Positions 54,037 to 64,000 of a DNA stretch of 64,000 bases are shown here, in pieces (position 1 is the stretch's first letter; each line of letters starts with the position of its first letter). The position numbers and the translations under genes are program-made. The DNA lies in assembly GCA_951406725.2 (NCBI GenBank), contig OX597820.1, positions 24,738,001 to 24,802,000 of the forward strand, read 5' to 3'. The stretch is from Octopus vulgaris (taxonomy: Eukaryota). The notes below the pieces were generated by a model that did not search any database, was not told the DNA's origin, and saw nothing but the letters and a program-made list of their open reading frames with translations.

Positions 54037-55048
54037 CCACCAGAACCATCACCATCACCACCACCACCACCACCATCATCATCATCAACATTATCATCAT
54101 TATCATCATCGTTATCATCACCAACACGAACACCAACACCACAGCCACCACCTCCACTTTATCGTCATCACCACCACCACCACAGCTACCAACACCACAG
54201 CCCCACCCCCTTCATCATCATGTTCATCACCACCACCACCGCCACCACTAAAACTACAACCACCACAAACATACATCATCATCATCATCATCATCATCAT
54301 AACAACCACAACTACCACCACCACCACCACTATCATCATCATTGCTATGTCCGACTTCAACTGTTTGAGAACAGAGATGCGGTGAAGCGGGGAGGGGGCA
54401 GGAACGGTGGACAGGAATCAATACTGGCGCCATTTTGAACCAGCTCCTATCGATCTTGATGCTATAGCAGTCAAAGTAATTCGCATGGCATTTATAACAT
54501 AAGAGATGTTACAATAACTCGCTCTACATATGGTTTAATGTTTTGTTTTATGAGCGTACGATTGTGTGTGTGAGGGGGGCTTGCGTGTGTGTGTGGGGGG
54601 GGCTTGCGTGTGTGTGTGTGTGTGTGTGCGTGTATGAGAGAACGAGCGTGTGGGGGGGGGGTCGCTGTGTGGGTGTGTGTGTGTGTGAGTGTTTGTGTGT
54701 GTGTGCTTGTGTGTGAGAGTGTATGGGAGAACGAGCGTGTGTGTGTGTGTGTATGTTTGTAAGAGTGAGTGTACTTGTGTGTGAGTGTGCGTGTTTCAGT
54801 ATACGCGACACTGGTCCTGTTGTTTGTGTGTGTGTGTGGTTGTGTGTGTGTGTGGTTGTGTGTGAGAGTGTATGAGAGAGCGAGCGTGTGTGTTTGTGTA
54901 TGTGTGTATGTGTTTGTGAATGTGCGTGTACATGTGTGTGTGTGAGTGTGTGTGTGTGTGTGTTGTTTCAGTAAACACGCACTGGGTCTGCTGTTTGTGT
55001 GTGTGTGTAGGGGCTCTATGTGTGTAGGTGTGGGAGTGGGTGTATGTA

Positions 55049-55104
<56 letters not shown>

Positions 55105-55304
55105 AGTGTTTGTGTGTGTTTATGTAACTGTCTCTTTCTGCGTGTCTGCATGTGTGAGAGAGCCTGGATGCATATGTATGAGTGCGCGTATATAAGTGTA
55201 TCTGAGTATGTGTGAGAATTCTGTGTGTAGGAACATATGAACACGTTTGTATGCGTGTGTATGTGTGCATATAAATAATAAATATGTGTGCACATATAAA
55301 TACA

Positions 55305-55335
<31 letters not shown>

Positions 55336-55402
55336 CAGTGTGTGAGAGATTGAGAGGGAGAGAGATAACATTTGTGTATCAGTACCAGTATGCTGGTGTA
55401 TT

Positions 55403-55440
<38 letters not shown>
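53820..55440. repeat. Cryptic (CAT/CAC)n and (TG)n low-complexity tracts
   Basis: Seen directly. Confidence 0.9.
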
Positions 55441-55441
<1 letters not shown>

Positions 55442-55632
55442 TGAGGTATGACGAAGTGTCTGCCTTGGTGTTCCATGTGTGTGCATTTGCATATGTATCT
55501 TTGTTTCTGTAAGTGTTTATTTGCGTATCTATGTATAAGACAATCTGAAAGTATTAACATGTATGCGTGTGTGAGATAGCATGTATGCACGAGCAACTGG
55601 ATGCTGGCATGCATACATTCATACATACACAC

Positions 55633-55683
<51 letters not shown>

Positions 55684-56326
55684 CATATAAACATAAATAT
55701 ATATATATGTTCATGTGTGTATGTGTTTGTGTTTGAGTATGTATAAACATGTATGCATGCAAGTGTGTGCATCTGCATGTGTGTGTGTTTGTAATGTACG
55801 TGTGTGAGAGACAGCCTGAGCGTGTGAAAGTCAATATATTTGCGTCTTCGAATGTCTGGTAGTGTATTCGTGAAAGGAAAACGGGAGAAAGCGATAGGAA
55901 GAGCGAGAGAGAGACAGAGACAGAGAAAAAGGGAGAGAGTGTGTGTGTATGAGAAAGAGAGACAAACAGACAGGCAGAGAGCATGGTTATGTATCATTGA
56001 ACTTCACTTTAACAATAGAAAAATATAAACATGGCATGATTGCATAGAATCAGAAACATTTGATGTTGCCACACATTGAACAAGTATGCATAAAAGTACA
56101 CACAGAGGCACATACATGTTAAGTGTGTATATCGTGGGTCTGAGTGTGTGTGTGTCTGCGCGAAAACACACACACACACACACACTTACACACACTTACA
56201 CGTTATATTATATATATCTGTGCACATATGTATGCGTATGTAATATCAATTTCTAAATGTGAACGTGATGCACACACACACACATATATATGTGCGTGTA
56301 TGTATAACACGTATAATATATATAAC

Positions 56327-56368
<42 letters not shown>

Positions 56369-56737
56369 GTATGTATGTGTATGTATATATATACATGCAT
56401 ACATATGATATATATGTAATATATATAGCATATGTATATATGTGTGTGTGTGTATATAAATACATATATAATATATATGTATATACATAAACAAATGTGT
56501 GTGTATATATATATATACATATATATATGTATGTATATATGCGTTTATGTTTATGTATATACATATTTATAAGTGTAGATATATGAAATAAATGTATATA
56601 TGTGTGTGTACACACACACACACACACACATATACATATATATATATATATATATATGCATGTATGCATATACATATATATAAATGTAGATATATGAGAT
56701 ATATGTATATATGTGTATGTACACATATATGTATATC

Positions 56738-56794
<57 letters not shown>

Positions 56795-57283
56795 ACATAC
56801 ATACATATAAATACGCATATGCATATTCATATGAGAAAGACTGATTGATTTATGCAGTTTTATAGGAAATTAAAAGCAACCCTCTTCAGAAATCACAGGT
56901 CTCTGTGTCTTGGACCGTTGCTTAACGTCCGTTTCCTGTAGTTAGTAGTTAGTGCTGACTTGGTGAAATACCATTTCAACACTTATTTTGCTTTCTTCTT
57001 TTGCCGGTTCCATTCAACTGGACAGCGGTCATGCTGGAGCCTCGTCGGTTTTTTAAAAATCGATTATATTGACGCCAGTCCTCTAATTGTTAGCTTATTC
57101 TATCGATCTTAATAAGGGACGAAAAACAAAGCTGATACCAGCGTAAAGGAACCGAATACCACTTCTCTCTTTATTCGATGAACGCATTCTACCATTCCTT
57201 GCCAATACACATACATGCATACATACATGCATACATGTATACATACATACACACACTAAACAAACATACATATGAATACGTAA

Positions 57284-57363
<80 letters not shown>

Positions 57364-57672
57364 ACACGCGCTCTTACACACATGCGTACGTGCAATTATT
57401 TGCATCCGTACACACGCGTATATAAATATACATATACACATACTGTTTTAACTGAAGAAAATGTGTTAGAGATAAATTCCTTGTTTAAATCTGCCTAGGG
57501 ATTAAAACTTGTGTATGCATGTATGTATGGTATGTGTGTATGTATGTATGTACGTATGTATGTATGTATGTATGTATGTATGTATGTATGTATGTATGTA
57601 TGTATGTATGTATGTATGTATGTATGTATGTATGTATGTATGTGTTCATGTTTGAATCTTTATATATATGTA

Positions 57673-57750
57673 TATATCCGCTGATGAGAACTTCGCCTGG
57701 CAAATTATTTTACTTGATAATTAAAGTTCGAAACCGGAGGTCCAGATGTA
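57673..57750 (+). ncRNA. Type I hammerhead ribozyme motif (copy 1)
   Basis: tatatccg CTGATGA gaactt...aagttc GAAA cc-gga-gg TC cagatgta. Helix II is gaactt/aagttc, helix III is cc/gg, and helix I has one mismatch. GUC cut site after 57742. Confidence 0.8.
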
Positions 57751-58126
57751 AAACATGGTAAATGTTTTTATTTTTTATTTCCTTCGAAATTGCTTTTAAC
57801 TGTGATGTGGACTTTTTGACTGTTCTTTCTAGTATGATAGGCAACCTGTTAAGACTCGCTTCTTTGTGTTTAAATGTACACAATTTTTATATGAAAAATA
57901 TGTCTATTGACTTTGTATACATACTAGGCCACTGGTAGAAGAAACTTCTACAATTTCCCCTACCCTATATCCATTTTAAGAAATGATATTAGCAATTTCT
58001 GAAGTTTAATCAGAATTTTTATTTGCTGCCGATTCAATCTGCGCTTGCGCGGATGATTCGAAAAATTATAACATATAAGGATGGACACGTGTTATTTGGT
58101 CTCTAATTTATATGTTAATGTTTTGG

Positions 58127-58204
58127 CGTATCAGCTGATGAGAACATCACCATGCCAATTATTTTATTTGCTAATTAAGGTTCGAAACCTGAGGTCCGGC
58201 TGTA
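58127..58204 (+). ncRNA. Type I hammerhead ribozyme motif (copy 2)
   Basis: cag CTGATGA gaac...gttc GAAA cc-tga-gg TC cggctgta. The core is intact but helix I is degenerate. GUC site after 58196. Confidence 0.7.
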
Positions 58205-58617
58205 AAACATGGTGAATATTATTTTTCATTCCCTGCGAAATTGCTCTTAAGTGTGGTTTGGACATTTTGACTGCTCTTTCTAGTATGTTAGGCAACCTGT
58301 TAAGGCTCGCATCTTTGTGTTTAAATGTACACTAATTTATATATTCATATACATGCATATATATATATATATATATATATATGCATGTATATGAATATAT
58401 AAATGCATATATATATATATATATATTACATTATATAAGGGCTTAGTAAAATAAATTACTTTGCCACATACTGAACTCATTAGAAATAGCAGCTAAAAAA
58501 ATTTTTTTAACTATTTCTAATACTTAAAGAAAATCTCTCTCATATAGTGTTTGCTCAAGTCAACTCACGAAGGTATGGGGGTAAAAACATTAAAAAGTCA
58601 CAAATGCAAAGGTTATT

Positions 58618-58669
58618 TGAGAACGTACGTTTCTAGATTAGTCAAATCGACATTTCTTTCGTCAGCTCA
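58618..58669 (-). ncRNA. Minimal type I hammerhead ribozyme motif
   Basis: Minus strand: tgag CTGACGA a-aga-aat-gtc-gattt-gac-taa-tct-a GAAA cgtacg TT ctca. Helix I is tgag/ctca, the helix III stub is palindromic (aacgtacgtt), and the site is GUU. Confidence 0.78.
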
Positions 58670-59175
58670 GAACTCCTTGATTCGGATTTGGGAACACTGA
58701 AAGTGGGAGCATACCCTTTTGGCTTCTTATCACTTCCGGAGATCTGCTCGAACTATCAGTGCTACCAAATTCAAAATATGCAAGCGAAGAATTTCTGCTC
58801 TCCCCTTTCCACCAGCGTGGGTTAAAATTGGTAAACACTATGTTTTATCGGTACAAACCGAAGCATTAAATAGAGAGAAATGAATTATAATTTCAACAAT
58901 TGAGGGTAAAATTAATTAATTATTAATCGATTTCACCAAGTATTCAGTATGTAAAGGGACCATTTAAGGCGAATTCAAATTATTACATTATATAAGGGCT
59001 TAGTAAAATAAATTACTTTGCCACATACTGAACTCATTAGAAATAGCAGCTAAAAAAAATTTTTTTAACTATTTCTAATACTTAAAGAAAATCTCTCTCA
59101 TATAGTGTTTGCTCAAGTCAACTCACGAAGGTATGGGGGTAAAAACATTAAAAAGTCACAAATGCAAAGGTTATT

Positions 59176-59227
59176 TGAGAACGTACGTTTCTAGATTAGT
59201 CAAATCGACATTTCTTTCGTCAGCTCA
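59176..59227 (-). ncRNA. Minimal type I hammerhead ribozyme motif (identical second copy)
   Basis: Identical to 58618-58669, offset 558. Confidence 0.78.
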
Positions 59228-59398
59228 GAACTCCTTGATTCGGATTTGGGAACACTGAAAGTGGGAGCATACCCTTTTGGCTTCTTATCTAAGCCCTTAT
59301 ATAATGTAATAATTTGAATTCGCCTTAAATGGTCCCTTTACATACTGAATACTTGGTGAAATTGATTAATAATTAATTAATTTTACCCTCAATTGTTG

Positions 59399-59441
<43 letters not shown>

Positions 59442-59454
59442 TTCTATCTATCTA

Positions 59455-59521
<67 letters not shown>

Positions 59522-59529
59522 CTGTATAT

Positions 59530-59840
59530 ATCACCGTGATCACCGTGACCGACCAGGCTATCAGATATTGTTACACATCTTTGGTCACAATGCGCTTCGC
59601 ATTGTTTTAGCCTTCAAATGACGCCACCCCGCTGGCTAGGCGAGCAGGCCAACAGAAGAAAGAGTGAGAGAAAGTTGTGGCGAAAGAGTACAGCAGGGAT
59701 CGCCACCACCTCCTGCCGGAGCCTCGTGGAGAATTAGGTGTTTTCGCTCAATAAACACTCACAACGCCCGGTCTGGGAATCGAAACCGCAATCCTACGAC
59801 CGCGAATCCGCTGCCCTAACCACTGGGCTATTGCGCCTCC
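59530..59840 (-). mobile_element. tRNA-derived SINE family C, full-length
   Basis: Minus-strand head ggaggcgcaatagcccagtggttagggcagcggattcgcggtcgtaggattgcggtttcgattcccagaccggg has A and B boxes. Confidence 0.85.
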
Positions 59841-60196
59841 ATGTCTGTATATATAGCAATAATAAATCTCTGAGCGAGAAGTAAACAGTAGTAACACGGA
59901 ATCGTAAAGTATATTTGCCACCTAAATTTGGCACACCCATAGGGAACGGAACGGTGCTACTGTTGTTTATAGCCCCAGGAAGACATCTCCTCCAGCTAGC
60001 TAACGAAACACTGTCTGTGTCCGATTAGTATTTGCGAAGGCAAATCATCGTTCTCATCTCTAGTCTTACGTGATATGCACAGACCCGGGTTTCTGAGTAG
60101 TATCCCAGACAGTGTGTCGTTAGCCAGTTGGAGGAGCTGTCTTCCTGAGGTTATATACATCACACACACACACACACATACACAAATACATGTATA

Positions 60197-60241
<45 letters not shown>

Positions 60242-61482
60242 ACGCAGGGGAGTTTGCGCTTTCACGGTATATTCTACGGCGTTATGTTTCCGTCCACCAA
60301 ATTTCCTTCGTATTTATCATCGTATATATATGAATATGTGTGTATATATGTATGTGCATGTGTGCATATATCAGTGTATGTGTTTGTCTTAGTCTGTCCT
60401 CACACGCACGCACACACACACACACACACACACATACACATACACACACTCACTGATTGACAATTAGTGTTTGTTCATATCTCTGTAACCTAGCAGTCCG
60501 AGAAAAACAACGGTAGAATAAGCACAGGATATAATAAATAATAATAAGGATAATAAATAATAATAAATAATAAATAATAATAAGGATATAATAAATAAGG
60601 AGAGTGCGGGTCGTTTTGTTTCGACTAAACACTTCAAAGCAGCCCTAAAACATGGCCGCTCCGTGCAGTAGCCGAAAAAAGTTCAAGAATAAATGAATAA
60701 ATGTGTAAACTTCTACGTGTAAGCCTTACTGGATGTAAACTATTAACACAAACGGAGATAACTAATGGGAGATATGTAACATGTTATGTGATCTTTTACT
60801 GTGTAACATCATCCGGAAGTAGTGGATCCCTGTTTCACCCAGTAGAGATATCCTTGCTTGGCAATAAATGTTTCACTTTATGACGGCAAATGGACATTAG
60901 ATAGGATCCTTTATTGTTGTTTAATGCCATGACGGCTCGGATCAGATAGATCTGTGTTCAAAGACTAATGCAACAACTCTTCGGGCATAATGTACCTTGG
61001 ACAACATAAACGAAACATCAATTTATGAAGCGGTATGTTTTGGTTTGAAAAAATATTAAAAAAACAGCTTGACATCTGTTTCTGGTAGGTTATGTGACCC
61101 CATAGATACCTTCCTCACTGCCACACGCTTTGATATCTTTTTTTTCTTCTTTTTTTTTTTTGTGGTGTCAAAAGGTTAGAGAAAACGCTGGTCAATAATA
61201 AGTTCCTGGATTTAGTTCCGTTACATCTAGCAACTTACGTGAAAGATATTAGATCGGATGAAGTATTTATTCGTAATTTTGGTTGTATATTACATTAAGG
61301 ATACAAGTGTTACCCCAAAACACAGCGATTTACGTTAATCTATAATAAATAGTTTCTTTAAACGAACTGGAACATTCGTTCGAGAAATCACTATACATAT
61401 GCATATATATGCGTGTGTTTGTGTGAGTGTTTGTGTGTGTGTATGAAGTGCGTATGAGTCGTATGAGTGTATGTATACAAGC

Positions 61483-61519
<37 letters not shown>

Positions 61520-61522
<3 letters not shown>

Positions 61523-62790
61523 AATTGATCTGCGTAAAAATGTCAAGAAGAGTACTCCATCTAATGAGAGTCCTATATTAATGTATGCGTTTCACTCCTC
61601 ATATATTACACGTGCTCCTAACAGTTTCACGTCCATGACAACTACGTTCATCCGTCATCAGGCGCTGCTTATTCTATTTAACTTATTTAACATTAAATCT
61701 AAATATCTCCTCATATAAGCCTTACCATAAATTCGATGAAAAACTAACATATAGGCATAGATAGTCCTGCCACCCTCTTGTTATAATTAAAAATCTAGTA
61801 GCAAACATTAGCAAAAGGGTATCTAATCCCTCATTCTCTAGGGAAATGTTCAAGAGGGCTGCCCCATATTACAACAAAGCTTTAGCTAATAGTAGGTTTA
61901 AGGAAAAGTTGGTATATAAACCTTCGTCTAATAAAAGTATTAACAATGGACGTAGGGAAATTAATGATAACGTATCACATTCTAATCAGAATCCTGTAAG
62001 TAGATCAAGATAAATTATTTGGTTTACCCCTCCTTTCTCCCTGAGTGTAAAGACGAATATTGGTAGAAAATTCCTGACCCTCCTAGATAAACACTTTCTT
62101 GAAGCGCATATATAAGGAGTCAAGACTATTGAAAAGGTTGCAAGATGCAACGAAAATTTTAGGAAAATAAAAATAAGAAATAAGTAGAAATTTTACCGGT
62201 GAGTGTGTTACATTATAAGGCACAAAAAGAAAATAACTCTTCCCAGACACAACAGAATATGCTCCAACACACGAACTCACATAAAGAATCTGGCAAACCA
62301 AATCCCAAAACGAAATTTAACAGAAATTCTGTTAAATTATCATATAGCTGCTGCCCGAGCATAAAAAGTATTACCACCTGCAATAACTAACAAGAAACTG
62401 AACCAGATTGCAATTATCGCTACGTGGAATCCTGTTCGCTGGACCAGTAGTGTATGACGAAGTCCAGAGGTCTCGGCAACCCTTAATAGCAGTGACACAA
62501 CCAATAAAAGAACATACATCGGATTATGTGAAGGAACTTTTAAAAAACGTTACGCCAACCACATGGCATCGTTCCACCACAGTGAGAAAAGCAAAACCAT
62601 AATACTGACGAGCCACATTTGGGTCGTGAAAGTGGACCATATGTGATCAGATGAAGAATAATAGAAAGGTCTAAAACATACGTGAATGGATCTAATAGAC
62701 ATATACTTTAATTGGCTGAAAGGGTGCAGGTTTTATTTACATTCGAGATTCCGAACTCGATATTGAACTCGAGGTTGTAGATTTTTAATG
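61520..62790 (+). mobile_element. Decayed Penelope-like retroelement (RT thumb/linker plus GIY-YIG) with an upstream inverted hammerhead-like pLTR piece
   Basis: Frameshifted FKRAAPYYNKALANS.FKEKLVY, IIWFTPPFSLSVKTNIGRKFLTLLDKHF, KFNRNSVKLSYSCCPSIKSI, GPVVY, YIGLCEGTFKKRYANHMASF. The minus strand at 61612-61665 reads CTGATGA cggatga-acgt...acgt GAAA ctg TTA. Confidence 0.85.
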
Positions 62791-62887
62791 GATGTATGGT
62801 GCAGTTAACTCTGCCAGTCACCTTATATCATTGCGCATGCGTTAACCGAAGTCCCTTGCAAACACGTATTATTTTGAATTAAAAAAA

Positions 62888-63217
62888 GGCGCGTGGCTTA
62901 GAGGTTAGGGTATTCGGCTCACGACTGCCAGGTTATGGGTTCAATTTCCGGCGACACCTTGTGTCCTTGAGCAAGACACTTTATTTCACGTTGCTGCAGT
63001 CGACTCAGCTGACAAATAATGAGTAGTTCCTGTATTTCAAAGGACCAATCTTGTCACATTCCGTGTTATGCTCAATCTCCCTGAGAACGGCGATTAAGGT
63101 ACACATGTTTGTGGAGTACTCAGCCACTTACAGGTTAATTTCACAAGCAAGCTGTTCCACTGTTCCGTTCATCAGAACAACTGGAACATTGGACGTCGTA
63201 AGAGACGGAGTGCCAGT

Positions 63218-63218
<1 letters not shown>
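62888..63218 (+). mobile_element. tRNA-derived SINE family D
   Basis: ggcgcgtggcttagaggttagggtattcggctcacgactgccaggttatgggttcaatttcc head, then cttgagcaagacactttatttcacgttgct. Confidence 0.8.
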
Positions 63219-63269
<51 letters not shown>

Positions 63270-64000
63270 AGAGTATGTGTGTCTGCATGTATATATACAT
63301 TAATGTATGTATAAATACACACACAGGTATTACTTTGTTTTTTTATTTAGTTTTTTTTGTATTTTTTGTTTTTTTGTATTTAGCAAAATTTTATTGCCAC
63401 AAGATTTATATATATGCTTACATACATACATAAATGTGTGCGTGTGTGTGTGTTCGCACGCGCGCGCACGTAGTATGAGTAATTAAAAATGCTGAAATAA
63501 AATGAAAAGCTATAAAAACCTCATTGTAGGCTAAACAAGACATTAAACACAATCTCTATTGTTGAAAGAGAAAATCCTGACAGACTGATCTTTAAAGGAG
63601 AAGAATTTGATTTCCTCCCCGAATCAATAACATTGACCAGCTGCTTATAAGACAATCATAAATTAGGCTAGCACCGTGGTAAGTGATATAATTTCCATAT
63701 TGACATTTTGATGGCTTGTCATTAAGTAATGTATGCAGAGAACAGTATAAATTAGAAGAACTCGAATTTAAACACTATAAAATGTTGCAATGGATTAAAC
63801 AAGAATATAAACATATTGTATGCTACATTTGATTGGAAAGAAGAGGTGGTGCGGATCACTTGACGGCTGTATCACAACTTATTGACTGTTGTGTACGTCA
63901 AGATGTTAAGTCGTGCGTCAAAACGTCAAGACGCTCGTAGCTTCAATAAACAGCAACTACCAACCACCGGATTATAGGTCAGTTGGAAGGGCCACTCTTG

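Larger units (their letters stand above)
57673..58335 (+). mobile_element. Retrozyme-like element: about 200-nt direct repeats (57680-57880 / 58134-58331), each starting with a hammerhead; unit 454 nt
   Basis: The repeats are visibly diverged but colinear. TA-rich microsatellite flanks and no ORF. Confidence 0.82.
58424..59406 (-). mobile_element. Young retrozyme-like / non-autonomous Penelope-like element: about 308-nt near-identical direct repeats, 557/558-nt unit, terminal inverted arm, in (TA)n
   Basis: 58424-58731 is repeated at 58981-59289; the only difference I could see is one extra A in a run. 59289-59406 is the reverse complement of about 58886-59003. Two hammerheads and no ORF. 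Confidence 0.9.

Noticed and set aside
59770-59840. tRNA-like heads here and at 32630-32701, 43069-43140 and 62888-62955 as real tRNA genes
   Set aside because: They continue into SINE bodies and lack proper acceptor stems.

Overview
AT-rich, microsatellite-dense eukaryotic DNA. The SINE families, repeat texture and gene content point to an octopus (coleoid cephalopod) genome; this is inferred, not database-checked. The only host gene I can support is a + strand NMDA-type glutamate receptor subunit of the GluN3 (GRIN3A/B-like) class. Two exons are visible: 26794-27826 (end of ATD, S1, M1, M2, M3) and 42811-42941 (start of S2), joined in frame across a 14,984-nt GT-AG intron. The rest is repetitive and probably mostly intronic: tRNA-derived SINEs of about four families, Tc1/mariner relics, a decayed autonomous Helitron and a complete non-autonomous Helitron, R4/Dong-like LINE ends in (TAA)n, two Penelope-like GIY-YIG remnants and an intron-containing tRNA-Ile(TAT) pseudogene. 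The most notable signal is a set of non-coding elements inserted in (TA)n that carry minimal type I hammerhead ribozyme motifs (CUGANGA...GAAA-palindrome-UH). Several have partial-tandem and/or inverted-arm architecture with unit lengths of 454, 545 and 558 nt. They look like retrozymes or non-autonomous Penelope-like elements that could release circularisable RNA monomers. Nearly all other ORFs in the supplied track are microsatellite artefacts.
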